This document shows, one piece after another, positions 1 through 9,181 of a DNA stretch of 64,000 nucleotides. This DNA is from an uncultured bacterium (GTDB lineage: Bacteria > Patescibacteriota > Minisyncoccia > Phycocordibacterales > Phycocordibacteraceae). The stretch spans positions 5,461 through 69,460 of the forward strand of contig CALFMK010000001.1 in assembly GCA_937879955.1 (NCBI GenBank). The letters run 5' to 3'. The position numbers and the translations under genes were made by a program. Position 1 is the first letter of the stretch. Each line of letters begins with the position of its first letter. Under the pieces are notes generated by a model, which was given only the letters and a program-made list of their open reading frames with translations, searched no databases and had not been told where the DNA came from.

Positions 1-305
1 TTCTTCTGGAACTGCAGGCTGTTGCGGGCCGGCCACAGCGCGAAGCGGGCGATGAGGAAGCCGAAGAGGACGTTGAGGAGCACGAGGCCGAGGAACGAGT
101 ACAGGTACGCCTCGTCCTTCACGGCGTCGATGGTGTCCGGCAGGCTGCTCGTGGTGGTCGCGTTCTCTGCGAGCGCCTGGGCTATCTGCGTCGTGATGGT
201 CTCCACGGTGCGCTCCTGGGCGTAGTGCACGCCCCACACGAACACCACGATCGAGATCAGGGCGAGCACGATCTGCAGCCCGACGACATGGATCGCCGTC
301 TTCAC
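1..305 (-). CDS. Sensor histidine kinase, N-terminal fragment running off the window. It lies immediately downstream of the OmpR-type regulator on the minus strand.
   Basis: The minus-strand translation after the regulator stop reads VKTAIHVVGLQIVLALISIVVFVWGVHYAQ...FLGLVLLNVLFGFLIARFALWPARNSLQFQK. This is two TM helices around an extracytoplasmic loop, typical of a sensor kinase N-terminus. The probable start is a GTG near 303-305. Confidence 0.4.
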   Translation of the reverse strand, partial: MKTAIHVVGLQIVLALISIVVFVWGVHYAQERTVETITTQIAQALAENATTTSSLPDTIDAVKDEAYLYSFLGLVLLNVLFGFLIARFALWPARNSLQFQK

Positions 306-324
306 GAACAGGTTGTACCGGTAC

Positions 325-999
325 TTATCGATTAAGTCGGTAACCCACGCCGCGGACGGTTTCGAAGAGAGGGGCATCTGCATAGGTATCGAGCTTCTTG
401 CGAAGATTCTTCATGTGTACATCAAGCACGTTCGAGAAGCCAGGGAAGTCGAAGCTCCAGACATGGTCGAGGATGCTCTCGCGCGTGAGGGCCTCGTCCG
501 GGTGGCGCATGAAGTACTCGAGGAGCGAGTACTCCTTGAGCGTGAGGGAGAGCGGCTTGCCGCCCTTGGTCACGGTCCGCGCCCCGGAGTCGAGCTCGAT
601 GTCGCGGACGGAGAGCTTCGACGGGAGGCTCTGCTCAGGACGGCGGAGCACCGCGTTGATGCGGGCCACGAGCTCCTCGAACGAGAACGGCTTCGCGAGG
701 TAGTCGTCGGCGCCGGTGTTGAGGAGCTCCACCTTGTACTCGGTCTCGTCGCGGGCCGTGAGGATGATGATCGGGGTCTTCACGCCCTCCTTCCGAGCCT
801 CGCGCGTGATGGTGGCGCCGTCGACGCCCGGGAGCATGAGGTCGAGCAGGATGAGGTCGTACTCGTCCCGGTAGAGGAGGATGCGGGTCTTCGCCTTCTC
901 GCTCTCCGCGATCCAGTCCACGGCGAAGCCCTTCGACTCGAGGCCGCGCTTCAGGCCCTCGGCGAGCTTCGCTTCGTCTTCAACGATGAGTATGCGCAT
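325..999 (-). CDS. OmpR/PhoB-family response regulator (receiver plus winged-helix output).
   Basis: 224 aa. The receiver has the acidic pocket (VEDE...LLDLMLP) and the conserved K (AKPF). The C-terminal Trans_reg_C-like domain ends ...VRGVGYRLNR. Confidence 0.9.
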   Translation of the reverse strand: MRILIVEDEAKLAEGLKRGLESKGFAVDWIAESEKAKTRILLYRDEYDLILLDLMLPGVDGATITREARKEGVKTPIIILTARDETEYKVELLNTGADDYLAKPFSFEELVARINAVLRRPEQSLPSKLSVRDIELDSGARTVTKGGKPLSLTLKEYSLLEYFMRHPDEALTRESILDHVWSFDFPGFSNVLDVHMKNLRKKLDTYADAPLFETVRGVGYRLNR

Positions 1000-1184
1000 G
1001 GGTAGAGGATTTATGGCTAATCGCGTATGGGAAGACTCTATCTATTAGAGCATGAAGCCTTCATGAAGGATGGTTCAGAAAGGAAAAAGACCCGCAGGAG
1101 CGCGGGTCCTCTGAAGGATCAGGAGACGCAGGACGGGATCGCTGGGCGCGACCCCGTCCTGCCGATATTCCTGCGCGGAACGAT

Positions 1185-1600
1185 GCGCACAGGAATCTAT
1201 CGAGGGTGCGAGCCACCTGCCAGAGGCAGACAGCGGTGCCGCTTCCGCTCGGGTGAGGGCACCATACCACATAAAGAAATCCGCCTCACTGATGAGGCGG
1301 ACTGGACAAGGAAAGAGCGGGGAAGCCGGGCGCAGAACGGAAGCTGCTCGCTAGAGGGAGGAACGAGCTTTCTCCATTCTGCGCCGGGCCCGCGCTTGTC
1401 GTCGCTGGCGGGGCTCATTTCGCCGGCGACTGGCGCGTCGTGCCGGAAGATACGAGGGGTACTCCCGGCACGTGCATCCTCCCATAGGCAGGGCGAGCGT
1501 CAAGCGATGCGGGAAGTCGTATCCATTCGCGCACCGCACCACGATTCCCGGGTCCGTCTATGGGTCAAAAAACGGCCTCACGAAAGGCTTTTTCGAAGTT
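1185..1600 (+). promoter_or_regulatory. Candidate structured 5' leader upstream of nrdA, possibly a cobalamin riboswitch, ending in a weak hairpin plus T-run at about 1571-1595.
   Basis: The untranslated region is 770 nt and any ORFs in it are Arg-rich junk. Blocks resembling cobalamin-riboswitch conserved elements appear in the expected order: AGGAATC...GGGTGCGAGCCACCTGCC...GGTGCC...GGCGGACTGG...GGGGAAGCC. I did not fold it or scan it with a covariance model. Confidence 0.3.
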
Positions 1601-1830
1601 GTGTCTTGCCTCTGTCCGGGAACGTTTCGTGCTGGTTTATGCACAAGGAAGATTGGGTGAAGAGCCCGTATCATACGTAGGTCAACGCAGCCGAATGCAG
1701 TCGGAAGGATGCGGCGGGACGCGCTACGGCGCCCCCGAACGCGGTCCGAAGTGGAGCGAAAACCCTGCCAGCGTCCGAAGCCAAGGCTGACTTATAAATG
1801 TGCCGTGTAACCTACGGGATTACCTACCAT

Positions 1831-4719
1831 ATGAAGCAGGTCAAGAAGCGGAACGGGAGCATCGTCGACTTCGAGGCGACGAAGATTACTGACGCATTGC
1901 GAAAATCCTTCGCGTATTGCGAGGTCGCGATAGACGAGGCGGGGCTCGAGACGCTCACCAAGGGCGTCCTTGAGGACCTCTCGGCGAAGTTCGGCGACGA
2001 GGCGACTCCCTCCGTGGAGCATGTACAGGACCTGGTAGAGCTCGCGCTCATGGAGGCGGGCTACCTCACCGTGGCGAAGCACTACATCGTGTACCGCTAC
2101 GAGCATGCGAAGGTCCGCGAGGAGAAGAAGCAGGAGACCCTCGAGAAGATCGAGGAGGAGGGTCTCCTCATCACCACCGCGTCCGGGAAGCAGGAGCGCT
2201 TCAACGAGACCAAGCTCCGCCAGACCCTCGAGCATCTCGCGAAGGAGGACCAGATGGCGGGCATCGACATCGACCACATCCTCTCCCAGCTCAAGTACGA
2301 GCTCTATGAGGGTATGACCACGGCCGAGGTGGGGAAGGCGCTCATCATGGTGGTCCGCTCGATGATCGAGCGCGACCCGGCGTACTCGCGCCTGGCCGCC
2401 CGTCTCCTCCTGAACCGTCTCTACGCCGAGGTCTTCGGCACGGAGTTCGACAGCAAGAACCCGTACGATTCCGTCGAGCGCGTGTTCGAGGCGAACATGA
2501 AGCGGCTTGTGGCGAACGGCGACCTCGACGAGCGCATGGCCGAGTTCGACCTGAAGAAGCTCGCGCGCGCGATGAAGCTCGAGAACGACCAGCTCTTCGA
2601 GTACATGGGCCTCGAGATCATGATCAGCCGCTACTGCATGGAGGACCCGAAGGCCAAGCGCACCCTCGAGATCCCGCAGATGCTCTGGATGCGCGTGGCC
2701 ATGGGCCTCGCCATCGCCGAGAAGCCGGAGGACCGCGAGCGCGTGGCGCTCGAGTTCTACGACGCGCTCTCGAACTTCTACTACACCCCGGGCGGCCGCA
2801 CCCTCTTCCAGGCAGGCGCGAAGAAGGCGCAGCTTTCCAACTGCTTCCTCAACACCGTGCCTGATTCCCTCGAGGGCATCTTCAAGTCCATCTCGGACAA
2901 CGCCCAGTACCTGAAGTGGTCGGGAGGCACCGGCACCGACTGGACCCCGGTCCGCGCGACGGGTTCCTTCATCAAGGGTACCGGCGTGCCTTCCCAGGGC
3001 ATCGTGCCGTTCCTCAAGATCGCGAACGACGTGAACCTCGCCATCAACCGCTCCGGCAAGCGCCGCGGCGCCGGCTGCGTGTACCTCGAGACCTGGCACC
3101 ACGACATCGAGGACTTCCTCGAGCTCCGCAAGAACACCGGAGACGAGCGCCGCCGCACGCACGACATCAACACCGCGAACTGGATCCCGGACCTGTTCAT
3201 GAAGCGGGTGCGCGACAACGGCATGTGGACCCTCTTCAGCCCGAGCGAGGTGCCTGACCTCCACGACCTCTACGGCGCAGCCTTCGAGAAGCGCTACATG
3301 GAGTACGAGGCTATGGCGGACGCGGGCGGCATGGAGCTCTGGAAGCGCATCCCGGCGACCGACCTCTGGAAGAAGATGATCGGCATGCTCTTCGAGACGG
3401 GTCATCCATGGATCACCTGGAAGGACCCGATCAACGTCCGCTCCCCGCAGGATCACGCGGGCGTCGTGCACAACTCGAACCTCTGCACCGAGATCACCCT
3501 CAATACGAACGAGGACGAGACCGCCGTCTGTACGATCGGCTCCCTCAACTTCGCGAAGTTCGTCGTTACCGGCGAGGACGGCGTGGCTCGCTTCGACCAC
3601 GAGCTCGTGGCGCGCTACACGCGCATCGCGATCCGCATGCTCGACAACGTCATCGACCTCAACTTCTATCCGACGGAGGACGCACGTCGCGGCAACACCC
3701 GCCACCGTCCGGTGGGCCTCGGCGTCCGCGGCTACCATGACGCGCTCTACGGCCTGAACATCCAGTTCGACTCGCCTGAGGCGCTCAACTTCGCCGACGA
3801 GAGCATGGAGGTCGTCGCGTACTACGCGATCCTCGGCTCGTCCGAGCTCGCGAAGGAGCGCGGCACCTACTCGACCTACAAGGGATCGAAGTGGGACCGG
3901 GACATCTTCCCGCAGGACACCCTCGACCTCCTCGAGAAGGAGCGCGGCGAGTCCGTGAAGCTGAAGCGCGGCGGCAAGCTCGACTGGACCCCGGTCCGCG
4001 AGCACGTGAAGAAGTACGGCATGCGCAACAGCAACACCATGGCGATCGCGCCGACCGCGTCGACCGCGAACCTCGTCGGCTGCATCCCGTGCGTCGAGCC
4101 GATCTACAAGAACATCTACGTGAAGTCGAACAAGGAAGGGGAGTTCGTCGTCGTGAACAAGTACCTCGTCGAGGACCTCAAGAAGGCGAACCTCTGGAGC
4201 GCCGGCATGCTCAACCGCATCAAGTACGCGGACGGCAGCATCCAGGGCATCATCGAGATTCCGCGCGCGCTCCGCGAGAAGTACAAGGAGGTCTTCGAGA
4301 TCGACGGCAAGTGGCTCGTCGAGGCGGCGGCTCGTCGCGGCAAGTGGATCGACCAGTCCCAATCCCTGAACATCTTCTATAACGGAACCTCCGGAAAGGA
4401 CCTCTCCGACATCTACTTCCTCGCGTGGGAGATGGGCCTCAAGACGACCTATTACCTCCGCACCCTCGGCGCGTCCCAGGTTGAGAAGGCGACCGTCTCG
4501 ACCGTTGAGTACGGCTCGACCCACATCCGCGGAGGATCGACCCTCGCTGAGGTCGCTGCTGCGACCGTCGTAGAGGAGGTGGCCGTCGCGGCCCCGGTTA
4601 TCGAGGAGGTGCCCGCGCTCAGCGTCCCGAGCGGATTCTCGGCTGCGGAATGGCAGGCCAAGATGGCTCGCGTCGCCGCAGGCGAGGAGGCGGGCGTGTG
4701 CGAATCGTGCGAAAGCTAA
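1831..4719 (+). CDS. nrdA: Ribonucleoside-diphosphate reductase alpha subunit (class I, with an N-terminal ATP-cone).
   Basis: The ATP-cone motif VKKRNGSIVDFEATKI is at the N-terminus. The active-site region NLCTEI is present, and the C-terminal Cys pair is present (CESCES). The start was moved to the ATG at 1831 (MKQVKKRNG). The longer ORF in the same frame begins at 1798. Confidence 0.93.
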   Translation: MKQVKKRNGSIVDFEATKITDALRKSFAYCEVAIDEAGLETLTKGVLEDLSAKFGDEATPSVEHVQDLVELALMEAGYLTVAKHYIVYRYEHAKVREEKKQETLEKIEEEGLLITTASGKQERFNETKLRQTLEHLAKEDQMAGIDIDHILSQLKYELYEGMTTAEVGKALIMVVRSMIERDPAYSRLAARLLLNRLYAEVFGTEFDSKNPYDSVERVFEANMKRLVANGDLDERMAEFDLKKLARAMKLENDQLFEYMGLEIMISRYCMEDPKAKRTLEIPQMLWMRVAMGLAIAEKPEDRERVALEFYDALSNFYYTPGGRTLFQAGAKKAQLSNCFLNTVPDSLEGIFKSISDNAQYLKWSGGTGTDWTPVRATGSFIKGTGVPSQGIVPFLKIANDVNLAINRSGKRRGAGCVYLETWHHDIEDFLELRKNTGDERRRTHDINTANWIPDLFMKRVRDNGMWTLFSPSEVPDLHDLYGAAFEKRYMEYEAMADAGGMELWKRIPATDLWKKMIGMLFETGHPWITWKDPINVRSPQDHAGVVHNSNLCTEITLNTNEDETAVCTIGSLNFAKFVVTGEDGVARFDHELVARYTRIAIRMLDNVIDLNFYPTEDARRGNTRHRPVGLGVRGYHDALYGLNIQFDSPEALNFADESMEVVAYYAILGSSELAKERGTYSTYKGSKWDRDIFPQDTLDLLEKERGESVKLKRGGKLDWTPVREHVKKYGMRNSNTMAIAPTASTANLVGCIPCVEPIYKNIYVKSNKEGEFVVVNKYLVEDLKKANLWSAGMLNRIKYADGSIQGIIEIPRALREKYKEVFEIDGKWLVEAAARRGKWIDQSQSLNIFYNGTSGKDLSDIYFLAWEMGLKTTYYLRTLGASQVEKATVSTVEYGSTHIRGGSTLAEVAAATVVEEVAVAAPVIEEVPALSVPSGFSAAEWQAKMARVAAGEEAGVCESCES

Positions 4720-4767
4720 TAGCTGGCACAAAGGCTGACTTACAAGAAGCGTTAACACTCGCGAACT

Positions 4768-5802
4768 ATGCCCATCAACAAAGGTGCTGCTCCCGTGAAC
4801 ATTAACAACCGCAGGATCATCAACGGCGGAGACGCCGACGTGATGCAGCTCTACCCGATGAAGCACACGTTCGCGTGGGACGCGTACATGGCGGGTAACA
4901 GCAACCACTGGCTTCCGACGGAGATCAGCATGCAGCGCGACATCGAGCAGTGGAAGTCGACGACCGTGCTCTCGGACGACGAGCGCAGGGCGTTCGAGAC
5001 CGTGCTCGGATTCTTCACCACGGCCGATTCGATCGCCGCGAACAACATCGTGCTCGCCATCTACAAGCACATCACGAGCCCGGAGTGCCGCATGTACCTC
5101 CTGCGCCAGGGATACGAGGAGGCGATCCATACGCACGCGTACCAGTACATCGTGGAGTCGCTCGGCATGGACGAGTCGAAAATCTTCAACATGTACCGCG
5201 AGGTGGAGGCGATCTACAACAAGGACAACATGGTGCTGCGCCTCAACGAGGGCATCTTCTCGCCGGACTTCAAGACCGGCACGCTCGAGAACGACCAGCT
5301 CTTCGTGGAGAACCTCTGCGTCTTCTCGCTCATCATGGAAGGCATCTTCTTCTACAGCTCGTTCGCCGTCATGTTCGGCTTCCAGCGCCAGAACAAGCTC
5401 ACGGGCGCCGCGGAGCAGATCCAGTACATCATGCGCGACGAGTCCCAGCACCTTAACTTCGGCGTGAACCTGATTAACACGATCAAGGAGGAGCAGCCTG
5501 AGGTGTGGACCCCTGAGTTCCAGGAGCGCATCATCGGCATGGTGAAGCGCGCGGTGCAGCTCGAGTACGAGTTCGCTACCACGGTCTTCCCGAAGGGCAT
5601 CTTCGGCATGAACGCAGCAGGCTTCAAGCAGTACATCGAGCATATCGCCGACCGCCGTCTCGCGTCGGTAGGCCTTCCGGCGCAGTACAACGTCGAGAAC
5701 CCGTTCCCGTGGATGGGCGAGGCGGTGGACCTGAACAAGGAGAAGAATTTCTTCGAGACCCGCGTGACCGAGTACAAGACGGGCGGGCAGTTGAGCTGGT
5801 AA
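4768..5802 (+). CDS. nrdB: Ribonucleotide reductase beta subunit (class I R2, di-metal/tyrosyl radical protein).
   Basis: 344 aa with the R2 ferritin-like fold motifs (EEAIHTHAY...; EGIFFYSSF; DESQHLNFG). It sits directly downstream of nrdA. Confidence 0.93.
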   Translation: MPINKGAAPVNINNRRIINGGDADVMQLYPMKHTFAWDAYMAGNSNHWLPTEISMQRDIEQWKSTTVLSDDERRAFETVLGFFTTADSIAANNIVLAIYKHITSPECRMYLLRQGYEEAIHTHAYQYIVESLGMDESKIFNMYREVEAIYNKDNMVLRLNEGIFSPDFKTGTLENDQLFVENLCVFSLIMEGIFFYSSFAVMFGFQRQNKLTGAAEQIQYIMRDESQHLNFGVNLINTIKEEQPEVWTPEFQERIIGMVKRAVQLEYEFATTVFPKGIFGMNAAGFKQYIEHIADRRLASVGLPAQYNVENPFPWMGEAVDLNKEKNFFETRVTEYKTGGQLSW

Positions 5803-5824
5803 TCCTTCTTCCCGTGTTCAAAAA

Positions 5825-5853
5825 AGCGCTCCTTTACGGGAGTGCTTTGTTAT
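5825..5853 (+). terminator. Rho-independent terminator after nrdB.
   Basis: AGCGCTCC-TTTAC-GGGAGTGCT hairpin followed by TTTGTTAT. Confidence 0.6.
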
Positions 5854-5863
5854 ACTAATTCCG

Positions 5864-8257
5864 ATGAAACACGTGGGAAGGCTTCTGGTACTGCTTTTTG
5901 GTGCTTTTATCTTTCCGGGGATGGTCTCTGCAGCCACCTACTACGTTGATGCGACTCTCGGTAATAATTCGAATAACGGCACTGCCGCTAGTACCTCGTG
6001 GCAGACGCTCGCCAAAGTAAACGGCACTACATTCTTGGCTGGCGATAATATCCTCTTTAAGAAGGGAGAGACGTTTACTGGTGTGCTCGTAGCAGGCCAG
6101 AGTGGCACTAATGGGAATCCAATCACGTACGGCTCATATGGGGAGGGTGCGCGCCCAATTATTAATGCCGCTGGAAATAATCATGGATTCGACATCCGGA
6201 CAGGTAAGTCTTATATCAATGTAGCTGGCCTCGAAGTTCGAAACGCGACCTTGAACCAGTTTCTTCTGTTCGCTAATAGTTCGAATATATCGCACGTGTC
6301 CATCCAGGACTCGATAGCTGTAGGGGGAACGAGCGGATTCAATTTACAGGGACCAGGAACGTTTCTAGACATAACAATAAGTAGCAGTACCGCAAGCGGG
6401 TACGCGGGAGGTTCTGCGGTTGGTGTTCGCCTTGGTTCAGGAACCACTTTTGATGGAATTACTCTCGATGGAGTATCGGCGGCTTCTGGAAGTGGGTATC
6501 AGGGCTTCAGTACTGGATCGGGAACCTATTCAAATATTTCGATACTGAACTCATCGTTCACTGGGCATCCATCAAACGGTATTGCGTTTCTGTCTGCAAC
6601 GACGACTAACGTGGTCATTAGGGATACTGTAGCGAGCTTGAATGGAGGAAGTGGGATTTATTTCTTTGGTGTGAAGAGTGGAGTTGAGATTGATAACGTA
6701 ACAGCAAACTCAAATACCCAAAACGGAATAGGATTTGAAGCTGGTGCCATGAATCACATATCAATCGAAGACTCCGAGTTCAACAATAATGGACTTAATG
6801 GAATCGCACTTCTCGGAAGCGGAACCGGAACGTCAACAATCGTTTCTCGGTCGATTGCGTCTGGTAATGATAATGACGGTTTTAATATCTCTGGAAACTG
6901 GCAGAATGTCGTATTCGAGGAAGCGATCGCAAGTGATAATGGTGTAGATGGTATTGGCTCGAACGGAGACGGCTTCAGCTTTCACAACTCGAGCACCGGT
7001 GTAATTAGGAATAGCCAGGCACATAATAATTGGAAGTCAGCCGTAACAAACGTGAATACATCGAGCACGACGGTATATAACAACCTCTTTTCGCATGACA
7101 CCAACGGAACGAATGCCCTCATCACATTCCTAGACAGCGGAAGCCATGCTGCTTACAACAATGTGCTCTATAGCCCTGCACAGGTGGGGTATGGATTGGT
7201 CGCGAATGGTACAACGACACTCATAGCGAGGAATAATATTATTCAAGGTTTTCAGTACGGCGTATCGAAGGGGACGAATGCCTTCTTGGTAGAAGATTAC
7301 AATGACGTTTATGGAGCCAGTACGGCCTCCTACATTGGGCTTACTGGAGGTGTACATTCTATCTCTGTGAATCCAAAGTTTGTCGACGCTGAGGATGATG
7401 ATTTCCGACTACTTCAGTCCTCTCTTGCTATAAATGCAGGTACTACGACGCCCTATGTAACCGATTACCTCGGAAATCCACGCGTCGGCATTCCGGATAT
7501 GGGTGCATATGAGTATCAGGGAATACCTGATATAACAGCACCTTCTATCTACATAATTGCACCAGTGGATCCGGCTACGATATCTGGAACTGTAATTATT
7601 ACCGCATCAGCGACGGATGCTATCGGCGTAGAAGAAGTCGAATTTTTTCTAGATGGAGTATCGCTCGGGGATGATGCATCTGATCCTTATTCATTTTCAT
7701 GGAACTCATCTGCAGTTCCCGATGGCGTATACTCACTTCTCGCAGTTGCACATGATGCTGAAGGGAATTATGCCACCTCCTCTCCTGTCTCCGTCACGGT
7801 CTCGAATGTAATTCAGGAAGCGAGCCATCGCTCTGGTAAGTCCGGTCAGAGTGTCGTACGCACTATCTCTCCGCTCGCAGATTCTGTATTAAATGAAGGA
7901 GAAGCAAAGATATCATCAATAAATCGGCTCATACTCGATAATCGCGCACTTTTTATGCTTGCGCAGGAAAAGGGAATAGTAGTTCCTGAATTCATACTCA
8001 ATATGCTCGATCTCCCTTCGGGCTCGACCATTTCGATATTCTTTAATCGTCCTCTTGCGCTTGGAGCAACTGGCCCAGATGTCACTGCACTCCAGCAGAT
8101 TCTTAAGGATAAGGGCTTCTATGTTTATCAGGAGATAACCGGCTACTACGGACAAGCCACACTACAAGCTGTTGCTGACTACCAGAAGTCACTTGGGCTC
8201 GAATCTCTCGGGTATGTAGGTCCAGCAACAAGGGAAGCCTTGAATGCTGGGATTTGA
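5864..8257 (+). CDS. Exported right-handed beta-helix (pectate-lyase-like repeat) protein with an Ig-like domain and a C-terminal peptidoglycan-binding (PG_binding_1-like) domain.
   Basis: Signal peptide MKHVGRLLVLLFGAFIFPGMVSA. Many parallel beta-helix repeats (NxxGIxxxG, NNNGLNGIAL, SGNDNDGFNISGN...), then an Ig-like segment. The C-terminus reads ...ALGATGPDVTALQQILKDKGFYVYQEITGYYGQATLQAVADYQKSLGL. The gene is about 45% GC in a 66% GC genome. There is no SD. A TATACT sits 7 nt upstream of the ATG. Confidence 0.8.
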   Translation: MKHVGRLLVLLFGAFIFPGMVSAATYYVDATLGNNSNNGTAASTSWQTLAKVNGTTFLAGDNILFKKGETFTGVLVAGQSGTNGNPITYGSYGEGARPIINAAGNNHGFDIRTGKSYINVAGLEVRNATLNQFLLFANSSNISHVSIQDSIAVGGTSGFNLQGPGTFLDITISSSTASGYAGGSAVGVRLGSGTTFDGITLDGVSAASGSGYQGFSTGSGTYSNISILNSSFTGHPSNGIAFLSATTTNVVIRDTVASLNGGSGIYFFGVKSGVEIDNVTANSNTQNGIGFEAGAMNHISIEDSEFNNNGLNGIALLGSGTGTSTIVSRSIASGNDNDGFNISGNWQNVVFEEAIASDNGVDGIGSNGDGFSFHNSSTGVIRNSQAHNNWKSAVTNVNTSSTTVYNNLFSHDTNGTNALITFLDSGSHAAYNNVLYSPAQVGYGLVANGTTTLIARNNIIQGFQYGVSKGTNAFLVEDYNDVYGASTASYIGLTGGVHSISVNPKFVDAEDDDFRLLQSSLAINAGTTTPYVTDYLGNPRVGIPDMGAYEYQGIPDITAPSIYIIAPVDPATISGTVIITASATDAIGVEEVEFFLDGVSLGDDASDPYSFSWNSSAVPDGVYSLLAVAHDAEGNYATSSPVSVTVSNVIQEASHRSGKSGQSVVRTISPLADSVLNEGEAKISSINRLILDNRALFMLAQEKGIVVPEFILNMLDLPSGSTISIFFNRPLALGATGPDVTALQQILKDKGFYVYQEITGYYGQATLQAVADYQKSLGLESLGYVGPATREALNAGI

Positions 8258-8284
8258 ATTCTTCTAGAGGACGGCGATAATAAA

Positions 8285-8500
8285 CTATATATAACGTTTA
8301 ATTATCTCAACACTGCCCAAGGTCAGTATGTCTCTACCGACCACTCCGTTCTTACGGGTACTAATTACTTTAATAGCTTCTCGTTCGAGAAAGTACATTA
8401 CCGCAGTGTTCAGAATTAAATTCCTATCCCTCTCCTCTGTAACTAGTAAATCAATCGTTTCAAGGACATCCTCTGGAATATCAAGATTAATTTTAGACAC
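8285..8500 (-). CDS. Small ribbon-helix-helix (CopG/antitoxin-like) DNA-binding protein, tentative.
   Basis: 71 aa. The N-terminal strand-helix-helix pattern is INLDIPEDVLETIDLLVTEE...RNLILNTAVMYFLERE. It has a GTG start and no SD, and lies in the low-GC island. Confidence 0.35.
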   Translation of the reverse strand: MSKINLDIPEDVLETIDLLVTEERDRNLILNTAVMYFLEREAIKVISTRKNGVVGRDILTLGSVEIIKRYI

Positions 8501-8523
8501 TGTAAATTCTAAAAATTAAAGCT

Positions 8524-9003
8524 CTAGCTGAACTTCAGCATTTTCGTTTCTAAATTTTCCAGCAATATCTGATAACGCGCATCGAGAGGATTTAACTTGT
8601 AACGTATTTGACGTATAACGATTTTGTATAATTTCCCAACTTGCCCTCGCGTTTCTATACGAATACGGAAGGCTGCTGTCATTCCTGTTGGTATCTTGCA
8701 GTAAACTATCGTGCCTAGGGCAACTTGAGTTATGTTCTCTCCTCGGCATGAAATATCAGTTTTTAATATTGAACTCTGAGCCGTTCCTTCAATCTGATAT
8801 ACAAAACCGGTTGGCTTCTTGCCCGAGGCAACCGAAAGAGGAACGTATAGATCTTTCCGAGGAGCAGTTATGTTAATGATAAATATAAAATTCCCGATTA
8901 CGCGGTCAGGTCCATTAGGAATTCGCGTTCTCCTAAGATTCTCTTCAGTGTCTTTAATATCGACCAAGACATCTTTCTCCGGTGGAATGATTGGTTTATC
9001 CAT
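8524..9003 (-). CDS. Hypothetical protein (159 aa) in the low-GC island.
   Basis: An intact ORF immediately upstream of the RHH ORF on the same strand. It has no recognisable motifs and AT-rich codon usage like the island. Confidence 0.4.
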   Translation of the reverse strand: MDKPIIPPEKDVLVDIKDTEENLRRTRIPNGPDRVIGNFIFIINITAPRKDLYVPLSVASGKKPTGFVYQIEGTAQSSILKTDISCRGENITQVALGTIVYCKIPTGMTAAFRIRIETRGQVGKLYKIVIRQIRYKLNPLDARYQILLENLETKMLKFS

Positions 9004-9111
9004 ATAATCAGATAGCTCTTTGTATAAGATCAGTATGGGTTTAGGAATATGAAAAATATCTCAAAATTGCATAAAGTAATTATGGAGACAGTGGCAGAAA
9101 GCTGATCTAGT

Positions 9112-9148
9112 CACTTCGAAAAGAAGCACCGGACCACATGTCCGGTGC
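9112..9148 (-). terminator. Rho-independent terminator for the 9182..9484 gene.
   Basis: GCACCGGAC-CACAT-GTCCGGTGC hairpin, followed on the minus strand by CTTCTTTTCG. Confidence 0.55.
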
Positions 9149-9181
9149 TAACTAATATGAATCCTATAAGAAAGAGGCAAA

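Noticed and set aside
1027-1680. 217-aa plus-strand ORF in the nrdA upstream region.
   Set aside because: The Arg-rich junk translation has no start context. I interpret the region as a structured RNA leader instead.
1792-5643. 1283-aa minus-strand ORF spanning nrdA-nrdB.
   Set aside because: It is antisense to two strongly supported genes. Its Arg/Leu/Glu/Asp-rich low-complexity translation is typical of spurious antisense ORFs in high-GC DNA.
8328-8519. 63-aa plus-strand ORF overlapping the RHH ORF.
   Set aside because: It is a low-complexity Ser/Leu-rich translation. The opposite-strand RHH-like reading is more protein-like.
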